This document shows positions 35,291-49,640 of a stretch of 64,000 nucleotides of DNA, in pieces; within the stretch, counting starts at the first letter, position 1, and each line of letters begins with the position of its first letter. Under the pieces are notes generated by a model that ran no database searches, was not told the DNA's origin, and saw only the letters and a list, made by a program, of their open reading frames with translations. The translations under genes were made by a program, and so were the position numbers. Source of the stretch: Pristiophorus japonicus (taxonomy: Eukaryota); NCBI RefSeq assembly GCF_044704955.1, contig NC_091992.1, positions 63,674,001-63,738,000 of the forward strand, written 5' to 3'.

Positions 35291-35949
35291 CAACACTCAA
35301 AAAGCTCATCATCATCCAGGACAAAGCAGCCTGCTTGATTGACACTTCCTCCACTTGCTAAACATACACCTTCTTCACCACTGGCTGCAGTGTGTACTGA
35401 GCAAGGCTTCTTCAGCAGCATCGTCCAAACCTTCAACCTCTACCACCTAGAAGGACAACAGTAGGTGTATGAGAACACTACCACCTCAAAGTCACACACC
35501 ATCCTGACTTGGATATATATGCGGTGGATGTGCTCTCGATTGCACCTCCCGGAGGGTTCCTGCACTGCTTGCCTCTTCCTACCCTGCCGGATGGCCACCC
35601 ACTTACTTCCCCCTCCCCCCTCCTGAACTCTCTGTAGCTGCAGGATGACTACCTCCTGGAACATTTGCTCCAGGAAATTCTCAACCTCCCCTAACCCTTG
35701 CAGTGACTCCAGCCGCACCTCAAGCTCAGAAACCCTGAGCAGCTGAAGTACTTGCAGCACACGTGGTTATCCAGGACACATGGCATGGGCATTGCAGGCA
35801 ACAAGTCTCAGCTGTCCTATCATTTTACTTAAAAAATACCTTCAGTCTAATTAATTACTCTGTTTATTTATATATTTACTGTTGCCCCTTGGTTCAAAGC
35901 ATTTCCCCCTCTGCACTGAATTCGCACTCACCAAATTCCTTCTTTAAAA

Positions 35950-36915
35950 ATTCGTTCATGGGATGTGGGTGTCGCTGACAAGGCCGACATTTATTGCCCA
36001 TCCCTAATTGCCCTTGAGAAGGTGGTGGTGAGCCGCCTTCTTGAACCGCTGCAGTCCGTGTGGTGAAAGTGCTCCCACAGTGCTGTTAGGGAGGGTTCCA
36101 GGATTGTGATCCAGCAACTATGAAGGAACAGCGATATATTTCCAAGTCAGGATGGTGTGTGACTCGGAGGCAAACTTGCAGGTGATGGTGTTCCCATGCA
36201 TCTGCTGCCCTTGTCCTTCGAGGTGGTAGAGGTCGCGGGTTTGGGAGGTGCTGTTGACGAAGCCTCGGCGAGTTGCTGCAGTGCATCTTGTAGATGGTAC
36301 ACACTGCAGCCACGGTGCGCCGGTGGTGGAGGGAGTGAATGTTGACGGTGGAGGATGGGGTGTCAATCAAGCAGGCTGCATTGTCCTGGATGGTGCCAAG
36401 CTTCTTGAGTGTTGTTGGAGCTGCACTCATCCAGGCAAGTGGAGAGTATTCCATCACACTCCTGACTTGTGCCTTGTAGGTGGTAGAAAGTCTTTGGGGA
36501 GTCAGGAGGGGAGACACTCGCCACAGAATATCCAGCCTCTGATCTGCTCTTGTTGCCACAGTATTTATGTGGCTGGTCCAGTTAAGTTTCTGGTCAATGG
36601 TGACCCCCAGAATGTTGATGGTGGGGGATTCGGTGATGATAATGCCATTGAATGTCAAGGGGCGGTGATTAGACGCTCGCTTGTTGGAGATGGCCATTGC
36701 CTGGCACTTGTGGTGCGAATGTTACTTGCCATTTATCAGCCCAAGCCTGAATGTTGTCCAGGTCTTGCTGCATGTGGACATGGACTGCTTCATTATCTGA
36801 GGAGTTGTAAATGGAACTGAACACTGAACATCAGCGAACATCCCACTTCTGACCTTATGATGGAGGGAAGGTCATTGATGAAGCAGCTGAAGATGGTTGG
36901 GCCTAGGACACTGCC
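35950..36915 (-). mobile_element. CR1/L2-group LINE 3' fragment of a distinct family
   Basis: ORF 36086..36697 ILGVTIDQKLNWTSHI...YKAQVRSVMEYSPLAW, RT thumb region. Confidence 0.8.
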
Positions 36916-37186
36916 CATTCAGTTTACAAGCCATTCGGTTTAGTAGATACACACAATTCGGAGTACTTCCAGTAGTACAGGAATCAAATGACATCTTGAC
37001 TCAAGGAACACATGCAGTAGGTTTTTGGACAAAGTTTTCACGTAGACAGAGGTTAGGTAAGCAGTGCCTTGACCCACAGCACTCGAGCATGTAGGATGCA
37101 AGTCCAGTAAGGCTCATCTGCTTACCATTCTCAGGCAGGAAAGAAAGAAACCAAGGGAATCAGATTGCTATATGCGAGAAACTTAC

Positions 37187-37250
37187 CCGTGTATTAATAC
37201 ACATCCCACATGGACAAGTTATAAAGTCACTGCTCACATTTAGGTAGTTC
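37187..37250 (-). CDS. RPAIN: RPAIN exon 5
   Basis: (R)NYLNVSSDFITCPCGMCINTR; ttcccag acceptor, gtaagt donor; phase 2-0 fits exons 4 and 6. Confidence 0.9.
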
Positions 37251-37499
37251 CTGGGAAAGGAAAGTAGCTTTGGTTAGATTGTCAGTCCTTTTTGCCTTTT
37301 GCTGAAATACATTCTGGAGAACGGTCAGTATAGTAAACACACAATGTGGTCAAATACATGATCTACTCTCAATTTTCCTCCCTTACCCCATCTCCTTGAC
37401 TTCATGATGGAGTACAGTTCTGAACCAAGCTGGATCTCTATTTATAAATGACTGCACCAAAAATGCACTTTCCCAAGCCAGACCCCACCGCCTCTGCTC

Positions 37500-38250
37500 A
37501 GAACATAAGAACATAAGAAATAGGAGCAGGAGTAGGCCATACGGCCCCTCGAGCCTGCTCCGCCATTCAATAAGATCATGGCTGATCTGATCATAGACTC
37601 AGCTCCACTTCCCTGCCCACTCCCCATAACCCTTTATTCCCTTATCGCTCAAAAATCTGTCTATCTCCACTTTAAATATATTCAATGACCCAGCCTCTAG
37701 AGCTCTCTGGGGCAGAAAATTCCTCAGATTCACAACCCTCATAGAAAAAATTCCTCCGCATCTCAGTGTTAAATGGGTGGCCCTTTATTGTGAGACTATG
37801 TCCCCTAGTTTTAGTTTCCTCTATGAGTGCAAATATCCGTTCTGCATCCACCTAGTGAGCCCACTCATTATCTTATATGTTTCGATATCATCTCTCAATT
37901 CTTCTGAACTCCAAGGAGTATAGGCCCAACCTATCTTCACAAGTCAACCCCCTCATCTCCGAAATCAACCTAGTGAACCTTCTCTGAACAGCCTCCAATG
38001 CAAGTATATCCTTCCTTAAATACGGAGACCAAAACTGTACGCAGTACTCTAGGTGTGGCCTCCCCAATACAGTTGTAGTGGGACTTCTCTGCTTTTATAC
38101 TCCATCCCCCTTGCAATAAAGGCCAACATTCCATTTGCCTTCCTGATCACTTACAGTACCTGCATACCAACTTTTTGCCACATTATACCCCATCTGCCAA
38201 ATTTTTGGCCACTCACTTAGCCTGTCTATATCCCTTTGCAGATTTTATGT
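37500..38250 (-). mobile_element. CR1 3' fragment
   Basis: (AAGAACAT) tail and ORF2 C-terminal sequence. Confidence 0.85.
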
Positions 38251-38929
38251 CTCCAATGAGGGACTGGTCACATGATGAACAATTACCCCTTTATCCAGTC
38301 ATTTCGTACTGGAGGTTCCACCTGTTGCCCACGATGCACTGCCGTGGAAAGTGGAAACCCAAACCGTCTGATCGTATTGTTTAATACTAATCAAATTAAA
38401 TTACAAGAATTCTAATTACACAGAAGCCAAAGAAAGGCAGCTGCATAATATAAATGCTTAAGTTGCACAAAAGAACCAGAGGTAACACAAGGAAAATCTA
38501 TTCGGCAAAATAGTTAAGTGGTTTCTCAGTTCAATCCCTCGGCTCACTAACCAGCGCCCAGATAATAAAGGCAGGTGAAGACGCACTCTGAATCAGAAGG
38601 CAATAAGGGGCGGTCTTCATCACCGCACCAATAAGATCTACAGTTAAAGACTTTAAAAAAATACATCAAAATGTAAGCAGGACTGTGCTCCGCTTCCAGC
38701 ACACTCCCTCGAGACTTCATGCTGGACTTTAGTTTAAATCTCTTTGGCAACTTGCCCAAGTAACCATTCTCCATGTATAAACAGTGGATGACTAAAGGTT
38801 GGTTGACAGGAAGGGAGCATCACTCCCGAGCCCAGTGTAGTCTTCACCCAGCGTCGACCTCTGGACCTGTCAGCGGGAATCATTGGATACTGAACAGAAG
38901 CAGGAATGCTGGGATATTTTTCTTCTGCT

Positions 38930-40250
38930 CAATCAACAACTTGAATTTATATAGAGCCTTTAGCATAGTGAAATGTCCCACGGCACTTCACAGGAGCATT
39001 GAGATAAAAAGTTTGACACCAAGCCGCATAAGTAGAAATTAGCACGTGATCAAAAGCTTGGTCAAAGAGGCATTGCTTAATCCCTGGGAGCCATTGTAGG
39101 TCAGCGAGCACAGGGGTGATGGTTGAGCGGGACTTGGTGCGAATTAGGATACAGGCAGCCGATCATCTCTAGTTTACGTAGGGTAGAATGTGGGAGGCCA
39201 GCCAGGAGTACGTTGGAATAGTCAAGTCTAGAGGTAACAAAGGCATAGATGAGGGCTTCAGTAGCAGATGAGCTGAGGCAAGGGCAAAGACGGGCCATGT
39301 TAGAGGTGGAAATAGGCGGTCTTAGTTATGCCTCGAAAATGTGATTGAAAGCTCATTTCAGGGTCAAATATGACACCAAGGTTGCGAACAGTCTGGTTCA
39401 GCCTCAGACAGAAGGTGCGGAGAGGGATGGAGTCAGTGGCTAGGGAACGGAGTTTGCGGCGGGGACCGAAAACAATGGCTTTGGTCTTCCCAATATTCAA
39501 TTGGAGAAAATTTCTGCTCATCTAGAACTGGATGTCGGACAAGCAGTCTGACAATTTAGAGACTGTGGAGGGGTCGAGAGAAGTGGTGGTGAGGTAGAGC
39601 TGGGTGTCGTCAATGTACATGTGGAAACTGACGTTGTGTTTCCGGATGATGTCGCCAAGGGGCAATATGTAGATGAGAAATAGGAGGGGGCCAAGGATAG
39701 ATCCTGGAGGTGGGGGGCACCAGAGGTAATGATGCAGGGGTGGGAAGGGAAGCCGTTGCAAGTAATACTCTAGTACTCTAGCTACAATTAGCTGGATAAG
39801 AATGGAACCAGACGAGTGCAGTCCCACCCAGCTGGATAACGGTGGAGAGGCGTTGGAGGAGGATGGACTGGTCAACTGTATCAAGGACTGCAGACAGGTC
39901 AGGAAGGACGAGGAGGGATAGTTTGCCTTTGTCAGTCACAAAGGATGCCGTTTGTGACTTTGATGAGAGCCGTTTCGGGGTACTGTGGCAGGGGCGAAAA
40001 CCAGATTGGAGGGATTCAAACATGGAATTGCAGGAAAGACGGGCATGGATTTGGGAGGTGACAACACGGTCAAGAACTTTGGAGAGGAAAGGGAGGTTGA
40101 AGATGGGGCGGTAAGTTTGCAAGGACGAGGGGTCGGGGGTATTTTTTGAGAAGAGGGGTGATAACGGCAGATTTAATGGAGAGGGGGACAGTACCCGAGG
40201 AGAGAGAACCGTTAACGAGGTCAGCTAACATGGGGGCCAGAAGGTGCCCA
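38930..40250 (-). mobile_element. L2-clade LINE RT and 3' region
   Basis: YRPIFNLPFLSKVL, LQSGFRPCHS, GSILGPLLFLIY, YIDDTQLY, AFVTSRLDYSN. Confidence 0.9.
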
Positions 40251-40459
40251 CCACCACAGCTAACTGTACAAAGACCCGAGACCAAAATTAAGACCCGACT
40301 GGATTGCTACCTCAAAAATAAATTTCAGGTATTTCAATAAAAGATGTTCCAAAGTCACATAACTTTTCTCTCCAGCTCCTCTCCATTTGTATGCGTGTAA
40401 AACTGCTACTTTAGGAACAGGAGTCAGCTATTCAGACTCTCGAGTCTGTTCTGCCATTA

Positions 40460-43400
40460 AATCTGGTCCTGTGTAATGAGACAGGATCAATAAACAATCT
40501 CCTAGTAAAGGATCCCCTTGGATTGAGTGATCATAGCATGGCTGAATTTCAAATTCAGATGGAGGGCGAGAAAGTTGGATCTCAAACCAGCGTACTGAGC
40601 TTAAATAAAGGAGACTACAAAGGTATGAGGGCAGAGTTGGCTAAAGTGGACTGAGAAAATAGATTAAAGTGTAGGACGGGTGATGAACAGTGTTGTACAT
40701 TTAAGGAGATATTTCATAACTCTCAAGAAAAATGTATTCCAGTGAGGAGGAAAGTGCGTAAAAGAAAAGATAGCCATCCGTGGCTAACTAAAGAAATAAA
40801 GGACGGTATCCAATTAAAAACAAGGGCATGCAAGGTGGCCAAGGAGGACAGAAGATTGGAAAGTTTTTAAAAGCCAGCAAAGAATGACTAAAAAAAATGA
40901 TTAAGAAAGGGAAGATAAGACTATGAAAGTAAACCAGCACAAAATATAAAAACAGATAGCAAGAGTTTCTATAGGTATATAAAAAGGAAAAGAGTGGCTA
41001 AAGTAAATGTTGGTCCCTTAGAGGACAAGACCGGGAATTAATAATGGGGAACATGGAGATGGCAGAAACTCTGATAAATATTTTGTATCAGTCTTTACAG
41101 TAGAGGACACTAAAAATATCCCAACAGTGGATAGTCAAGGGGCTATGGTGGTTGGGGGGGGGGGAAGGAAACTTACCACAATCACTAAGGAGGTTGTACT
41201 CAGCAAGATAATGGGACTAAAGGCAGATAAATCCTCTGGACCTGATGGCTTGCATCCTAGGGTCTTAAGAGAAGTAGCAGCAAGAATAGTGGTTGTAATT
41301 TACCAAATTTCCCTGGATTCTGGAGAGGTCCCATCAGATTGGAAAACTGCAAATGTAACTCCTCTATTTAAAAAAGGAGACAGACAAAAAGCAGGAAACT
41401 ACAGACCAGTTAGCCTAACATCTGTCGTTGGGAAAATGTTGAAGTCCATTATTAAGGAAGCAGTAGCAGGATATTTGAAAAAACATATTTCAGTCAGGCA
41501 GAGTCAGCATGGATTTATGAAAGGGAAGTCATGGTTGACAAATTTGCTGGAGTTCTTTAAGGATGTAACGAACAGGGTGGATGAAGGGGAACCAGTGGAT
41601 GTGGTGTATTTGGACTTCCAGAAGGCAATTGACAAGGTGCCACATAAAAGATTACTGCACAAGATAAAAGTTCACGGGGTTGGGGGTAATATATTAGCAT
41701 GGATAGAGGGATTGGCTAACTAACTGAAAACGGAGAGTCGGGATAAATGGTTCATTCTCTGGTTGGCAATCAGTAACTAGTGGAGTGCCGCAGGGATCAG
41801 TGCTGGGACCCCAAATATTTACAATCTATATTAACGACTTAGAAGAAGAGATCAAGTGTAACGTAGCCAAGTTTGCTGACGATACAAAGATGGGAGGAAA
41901 AGCAATGTGTGAGGAGGACACAAAAAAACCTGCAAAGGACACAGACTAAATGAGTGGGCAAAAATTTGGCAGATGGAGTATAATGTTGGAAAATAGAAAG
42001 AAACGTAGAAATTTATGGCACAGAAGGATGCCAATCGGCTCATCGTGTCCACACAGGCCGACAAAGAGCTGCGCGGCTCTTGGTCAGCAGCCTTGAAGGT
42101 TACATATAAACCTATGAACAATGACGGAAAGGCAAAGAGCACCCAGCCCAACCAGTCCGTCTCACACAACTGCGACACCCCTTATACCGAAACATTCTAC
42201 ACTCCACCCCAACCGCAGCCATGTGATCTCCTGGGAGAGATAAAATCCCAGGTCAATTTAGGGAGAAAATATATGGGAAAATTCCTCTCCGGCCCATCCA
42301 GGCGATCGAAACTAGTCCAGGAGATCACCCTGGCCGTATTCTATTCCCTGCAGTACTTACCATTATATCTGCGCTGTCCAAAAGGTCATCCAGTCTAATC
42401 CCAATTACCAGTTCTAGATCCGTAACCCTAAGGTTACTGCACTTTTAAGTGCCCATCCAACCATCTCTTAACAGTGGTGAGGGCTTCTGCATCCACCACT
42501 CTTCCAGGCAGCGAGTTCCAGATCCCCACAACCCTCTGCGTAAAGAAGCACTCCCCCACCCTCAAATCCTTCCACCAACCACCTTAAAACTATGCCCCCT
42601 CGTAATAGACCCATTCACCAATGGAAATAGACCCTTACTATCCACTATGTCCAGGCCCCTCAATATTTTGCACACCTCAATGAGGTCTCCTCTCAACTTC
42701 CTCTGTTCCAATGAGAACAAACCCAGCCTATCCAATCTGTCCTCATAACTAAGGTTCTCCAGTCCAGATAGCATCCTAGTAAATCTCCTTTGCTCCCTCT
42801 CTAGTGCAATCACGTCCTTCCTATAATATGGCGACCAGAACTGCAAGCAGTGCTCCAGCTCCAGCCTAACCAAAGTATTATACAATTAAGCATAACTTCC
42901 CTGCTCACCGCATATTCTTTGCCTCGGCCAATAAAGGCAAGCATTCCGTATGCCTTCTTAACCACCTTATCCACCTGGTCTGCAACTTTCAGGGATCTGA
43001 GGACAAGGTCCCTTTGTTCATCTACACTATTAAGTGGCCTCCCGCTTAATGTGTAGACCCTTTCCTTATTAGCCCTCCCAAAGTGCATCACCTCACACTT
43101 CTCTGAATTAAATTCCATTTGCCACTGCTCTGCCCATCTGACCAGTAGTGTGATATCCTCCTGCAGCCCATGACTTTCCTCTTCATTATCAACCACTCAG
43201 CCAATTTTAGTGTTGTCTGCAAACTTCTTAATCATACTCCCTATATTCAAATCTAGATCATTGATATATACCACAAAAAGCAAGGGACCCAGTACTGAGC
43301 CCTGCGGAACCCCACTGGAAACATCCTACCAGTCACAGAAACATCCAGCAACCATTACCCTTTGCTTTCTACCTCCAAGCCAATTTTGCATCCAACTTGC

Positions 43401-44600
43401 CACTTTGCCCTGGATCCCATGGACTTTAACCTTCATGACCAGTCTACCATGTGGGAAAAGCCTTGTTAAAGTCCATATATACTACATTGTACACACTTCC
43501 CTCATCGACCCTCTTGGTTACCTCCTCAAAAAATTCAATCAGGTTAGTCAAACATGATCTTCCCTTAACAAATCCGTACCGACTAATTAATCCTTGCCTT
43601 TCCAAATGTAGATTTATCCTGTCTTTCAGGATGCTTTCCAATAATTTTCCCACCACTGAAGTGAGTCTGACAAGCCTGTAACTACTCGGCCTATCCCTTT
43701 CTCCCATCTTAAACAAGGGTTTAACTATATTAGCAGTCCTCCAATCCTCTGGCACCATGCCCAAATCCAAAGAGGACTGGAAAATGGTGGTCAAGTGTGA
43801 GGTTATGCACTTGGCAGAAAAAAAAATATCGAAGAGCACGTTATTATTTAAATGGAGAAAAATTGCAAAGTACTGCAGTACAGCAGGACCTGGGGATCCT
43901 GGTGCATGAAACACAAAAGGTTAGTATGCAGGTGCAGCAAGTGATCAGGAAGGCCAATGGAATCTTGGTCTTTATTGCAAACGGGATGGAGTATAAAAGC
44001 AGGGAAGTCTTGCTACAGCTATACAGAGTATTGGTGAGACCACACCTAGAATACTGTGTGCAGTTTTGGTTTCCATATTTACGAAAGGATATACTTGCTT
44101 TGGAGGCAGTTCAGAGAAGGTTCACTAGGTTGATTCCAGGGATGAGGGGGTTGACTTATGAGGAAAGGTTGAGTAGGTTGGGCCTCTACTCATTGGAATT
44201 CAGAAGAACGAGAGGTGATCTTATCGAAACGTATAAGATTATGAGGGGGCTTGACAAAGTGGATGGAGAGAGGATGTTTCCACTGATAGGGGAGACTAGA
44301 ACTAGAGGGCATAATCTTCGAATAAGGGGCCGCCCATTTAAAACTGAGATGAGGAGGAATTTCTTCTCTCAGAGGGTTATGAATCTGTGGAATTCGCTAT
44401 CTCAGAGAGCTGTGGAAGCTGGGACATTGAATACATTTAAGACAGAAATAGACAGCTGCTTAAACGATAACGGGGTTATGGAGAGCGGGCAGGGAAGTGG
44501 AGCTAAGTCCATGATCTGATCAGCCATGATTGTATTAAATGGCGGAGCAGGCTCGAGGGGCCGTATGGCCTACTCCTGCTCCTATTTCTTATGTTCTTAT
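40460..44600 (+). mobile_element. CR1 ORF2 (40460-41995 and 43795-44600) interrupted by an antisense CR1
   Basis: ORFs 41127..41723 and 43797..44519 are collinear across the break (tataatgttggaaa|gtgtgaggttatgcac). Confidence 0.85.
41996..43794 (-). mobile_element. CR1 of a second subfamily with extended 3'UTR
   Basis: ORFs 42562..42885, 42810..43196 and 43444..43914; WAEQWQMEFN motif. Confidence 0.85.
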
Positions 44601-45147
44601 GTAAATTAGATCATGGTTTGTATCATAACTGCATCCACCCACCTTGATTCTGTAACCTTAATAACTTTACACAACAAAAATCTATTAATCTCAGTTTCTA
44701 TGTTTTGAGCTGACCCCCAGTCTCAGGAGAGAGAGTTCCAGATTCCCACTGCCCTTTGTGTGAAGAAATGTTTCCTGACATTCTCCGGAGTGGCCTGGCT
44801 CTTATTTTAAGGACTCCCCCACCAAAGGGAATAGTTTCTATCCATCTTCCCTATCAACTCCTTTGATCATCCTAAATACCTCAATTAGATCACCCCTTAA
44901 TCTTCGATAAGCAATGGAATACAAGCCTAGTCTATGCAACCTGTCCTGATAATTGCACCCTCTCCAAGGCCAATATATCCTTCCTGAGCTAGTGTCCAAA
45001 ACTGAACGCAGTTACTCAAAATGGGGTCTAACCAGAGCTTTCTATAACTGTAACATAACTTGCACCCCTTTGTATCTAGCTCGTTTGAGACAAGATTCAG
45101 TTAATTAGCTCGAAATCCAATTGACAGCCTGATTCCAGCACACTCAC

Positions 45148-45262
45148 CTGTTACAAACAGGGCATATAAGCCTGTCGGGAACATCAAATCCGTCAAGAAT
45201 GGCATTCAAGCACGCTTCATCAAAATGCAAGCTGGCCTCGTACTCCTTTATAATGGCATGTT
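45148..45262 (-). CDS. RPAIN: RPAIN exon 4
   Basis: (E)HAIIKEYEASLHFDEACLNAILDGFDVPDRLICPVCN; tgtag acceptor, gtgag donor. Confidence 0.93.
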
Positions 45263-46199
45263 CTACAAGAAATATCACAGACACCATTTATTATCAAAAA
45301 AATTATACTTTGTACAAACCCACTGAAAGAACAGCCTTTAAAAGTTCTATTCTATAAACCAAATGCTTTATCCTAAACTTTTAGCGGTGAAAGAGGAATT
45401 TCAGAGCTTCCTGTTAATTGTTGCTTTCACAAGCAGTGCTGTTCCATTGCTTCCCCTAATTAGTACAAGCTTCTTCATGTTCCTTCTCTGTTACTGTTCT
45501 TTAGTTTCACTTTTATTCCCTCATGCTCCATCCCATTTTGTTTCTATTTTGCTAAACTATATTCATACTTCAAAGGGTCATAACATTACAGCAGTTCAAT
45601 CCAACAGAAATAAATACCATTAACAACAGTGAATTTATTTCCATATTTCGTAAGAACTTAATAGGAGCAGGAGTAGGCCATCCAGCCACTCGAACCTGCT
45701 CCGCCATTTAATATGATCATGGCTGATCCAATCATGGACTCGGGTCCACTTCCCTGCCTGCCCACCCCCTATAACCCCTTATATCCCAAGTACACTTATC
45801 CTCGTCCACATGGCAATAACAAACAGAATGTTGGCTTTCAATCTTGTGACACACATTTAGATCGGTCATTGATCTGCTAGGTCGGAGTTTTGTTACACCA
45901 ACATTTTCAAGCATGGATCAAACAATCTCCAAATCCTGCTCCTCTCACCCCTGACTCGATTGAGAATTTGTTGCAGTGATCATAAATAGGTCAGGATGAG
46001 CAGCAGCATTCTCCCTCCCCATCTATATTGCAGAAGCAACTCCACAAACTCAAAGCCAGTTAAACATCACTGAACAGGCCGAGTTAATGAAAGCTTTCCG
46101 ATTTCACGCGGCCAATTTAGCCTCACCCGCCAGGAGTGTGTACTGGGAAATTGCGAGGTATGTCAGTGCACTCCTGCTTAGTGGATCACTTGTGTAACC

Positions 46200-47040
46200 T
46201 GAAGAAAGCTGCGGACTGCAGGAAGTTATCAATATATTGGTCAGGTGGGCAGAACAGTGGCAAATGGAATTCAATCCGGAGAAGTGTGAGGTAATGCATT
46301 TGGGGAGGGCTAACAAGGCAAGGGAATACACATTAAATGGTAGGACACTGAAAAGTGTAGAGGAACAAAGGGACCTTGAAGTGCATGTCCATAGATCCCT
46401 GAAGGTAGCAGGCCAGGTGGATAAGGTGGTTAAGAAGGCATACTGAATACTTGCCTTCAACAGTCGAGGCATAGAATATGAGCAGTGAGGTTAATATAAA
46501 ACACTGGTTAGGCTGTAGCTGGAGTACTGTGTGCAGTTCTGGTCACCACATTAAAGGAAAGATGTGATTGCACTGGAAAGGGTACAGAGGAGATTTACAA
46601 GGATGTTGCCTGGACTGGAGAGTTTTAGCTTGGATAGGCTGGGTTTATTTTCTTATTGAGGGGTGACCTTATTGAGGTGTATAAAATTATGAGGGGCCTG
46701 GATAGATTGGATAGGAAGGTCCTGCTTCCCTTGGCAGAGGGGTCAACAACCAGGGGCATAGATTTAAAATAATTGGGGGGAGGTTTAGAGGAGATATGAG
46801 GGGAAATTTCTTCACCCAGAGGGTGGTGGGGGTCTGGAACTCACTGCCTGAAAGGGTGGTACAGGTAGAAACCCTCTCCACATTTAAAAAATACTTGGAT
46901 GTGCACTTGAAGTGCCGTAACCTACAGGGCTACGGACCTAGACTTGGAAAGTGGGATTAGGCTGGATAGCTCTTGGTCGGCCGGCGCGGACATGATGGGC
47001 CGAAATGACCTCCTTCCCTGCGGTAAATTTCTATAATTCT
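46200..47040 (+). mobile_element. CR1 3' fragment (second subfamily)
   Basis: ORF 46237..46446 WAEQWQMEFNPEKCEVMH and tail. Confidence 0.85.
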
Positions 47041-47589
47041 GTGATAATCAGGTTCAGCATTGATACTTAGTCCATTCTCCACCAGGCTGCGCATCAATTT
47101 CTTTGCGCCTCAGCTGTTGAATATATTTATATTATTTCTAATGTCCATCATTATTTATTTATTGGCATATTTTCAAACTCAAACATTTATCAATCTCAAT
47201 ATTCCAACCAAAGACTGAGGTGACATTATCTTTTTTTAAAAAAAACTTTCATTTCATAATAGCCTACAATTCTTTCAGTAATTTGAGGGGATTAAACTAC
47301 CACAAATATATATTCAAAGATACCACAGTTATTTTAAAGGATTTTAATACATCATGCAGTAGCAGAAGTACACTGTTGGGAAAGAACTGGCATGCACAGG
47401 TGGTCCGACCTGTGACAGAGACTGGAATTCCCATATTGGACTGTTCAGTCACTTAAGAACTCACTTTTAGAGTGGAAGTAAGTCTTCCTCGATTTCGAGG
47501 GACTGCCTATGATGATGGCATGCAAAAGGATTATTTCTCCATTATATTGAATAAAGGAAATGTGTCTAGGAGTTAAGCAAGTGTGTGTT

Positions 47590-49370
47590 TAGTAAGAGTT
47601 TCAGGTGCATAAAAAGGAAACATAAAAGTTAATCCCTTAGAGGATGAGACTGGGGAATTAATGAGGAACAGGGAAATGGCAGACTTTCAACAAATATTTT
47701 GTATCAGTAGTCATGGTAGAAGACACTAAAAACATCCCAATAATGGATAATCAAGGGACTATAGAGAGGGAGGAACTTAATACAATCACTAATCACACAA
47801 AGTAGTAGTACTCGGTAAAATAATGGGATTAAAGGTGAATAAGTCCCCTGGACCTGATGGCTTGCATCCTAGGGTCTTAAAAGAAGTGGCTGCAGAAATA
47901 GTGGATACATTGGTTGTAATCTTCCAAAATTCCCTGGATTCTGGGGAGGTCCCAGCGGATTGGAAAACCGCAAATGTAACACCCCTATTTAAAAATGGAG
48001 GCCAACAGAAAGCAGGTAACTATAGACCAGTTAGCCTAACATCTGTTGCTGGGAAAATGCTGGAGTCCATTATTAAGGAAGCAGCAGCAGGACATTTGGA
48101 AAAGCATGATTCAATCAAGCAGTCAGCGTGGTTTTATGAAAGGGAAATCACGTTTGACAAATTTGCTGGAGTTTCTTTAAGGATATAACGAGCAGGATGG
48201 ATAAGGAGGAGCCAATGGATGTAGTATATTTGGATTTCCAGAAGGCATTCAATAAGGTTCCACAATAAGGTGCACAAGGGGTCATATATTAGCACGGATA
48301 GAGGATTGGCTAACTAACAGAAAACAGAGAGTCTGGATAAATGGGTCATTTTCCAGTTGGCAAACAGTGACTAGTGGGATGCGGCAGTGATCGGTGGTGG
48401 GGCCTCAACTATTTACAATCTATAATAACGTCTTGGATGAAGGGACCGAGTGCACTGTAGCCAAGTTTGCTGATGATACAAAAAAGGGTGGGAAAGCAAA
48501 TTGTGAGGAGGACACAAAAAATCTGCAAAGGGATATAGATTAGTTAAGTGAGTGGGCAAAAATTTGGCAGAAAGAATATAATGTGGAAAAATGTGAGGTT
48601 ATCCACTTTAGCAGAAAAAATAGAAAAGCAAATTAAAATTTAAATGGAGAAAAATTGCAAAGTGCTGCAGTACAGAGACACCTAAGGGTCCTTGTGCATG
48701 AAACACAAAAGTGAGTACACAGGTACAGCAAGTAATCAGGAAGGCAAATGGAATGTTGGCCTTTATTGCAAGGGGGATAGAGTATAAAAGCAGAGAAGTC
48801 CTGCTACATCTGTACAGGGTATTGGCGAGGCCACACCTAGAGTACTGCATACAGTTTTGGATATATTTGCATTGGAGGCTGTTCAGAGGTTTATTAGGTT
48901 GATTCCCAAGATTAGGGGGTTGACTTATGAAGATAGGTTGAGTAGGGCCTATACTGATTGGAGTTCAGAAGAATGAGAGGTGATCTTATCGAAACATATA
49001 AGATAACGAGGGGGCTTGATAAGGTGGATGCAGGGAGGGTATTTCCACTCATGGGAAAAGCTAAAACAAGGGGACATAGTCTTAGAATAAGGGGCCGCCC
49101 ATTTAAAACTGAGATGAGGAGGAATTTCTTCTCTCAGAGGGTTGTAAATCTGTGGAATTCTCTGCCCTAGAGAGCTGTGGAGGCTGGGTCATTTAATATA
49201 TTTAAGGCGGAAAGAGACAGATTTTTGAGTGATAAGGGAATAAAGGGTTATGGGGAGCGGGCAGGGAAGTGGAGCTGAGTCCATGATCAGATCAGGTATG
49301 ATCTTATTAAATGGTGGAGCAGGCTTGAGGGACCAAATGCTCCTGCTCCTATTTCTTGTGTTCTTATGTG
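47590..49370 (+). mobile_element. CR1 ORF2 fragment
   Basis: KSPGPDGLHPRVLKE, NYRPVSLTS and 3' tail. Confidence 0.88.
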
Positions 49371-49567
49371 CATTATAGAAATGGGGTATTTTACACAGTG
49401 AACTCGATGTCAAGTGAAATATCTAAAGACCACGTTTTCCCTCAGCCTAGGCCAACTGGCAGAATAACCACGAAGACGCAATTATATTTAGCTATCGCTA
49501 GTTTGCATGCAGAAATGCCAGTCTTCCCTGACAAACAATGGAGGTGTGGTTTGCAAGTAGTTTCTAC

Positions 49568-49640
49568 CTTCGCTGAGGAGTTCCTGTTGAATTTCCTCAA
49601 GTTCTGCCAATTCATTTATATTCTCCAGTGTATTCAGCAC
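49568..49640 (-). CDS. RPAIN: RPAIN exon 3
   Basis: VLNTLENINELAELEEIQQELLSE; cccag acceptor, gtaga donor; LEEIQQEL conserved in RPAIN. Confidence 0.9.
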
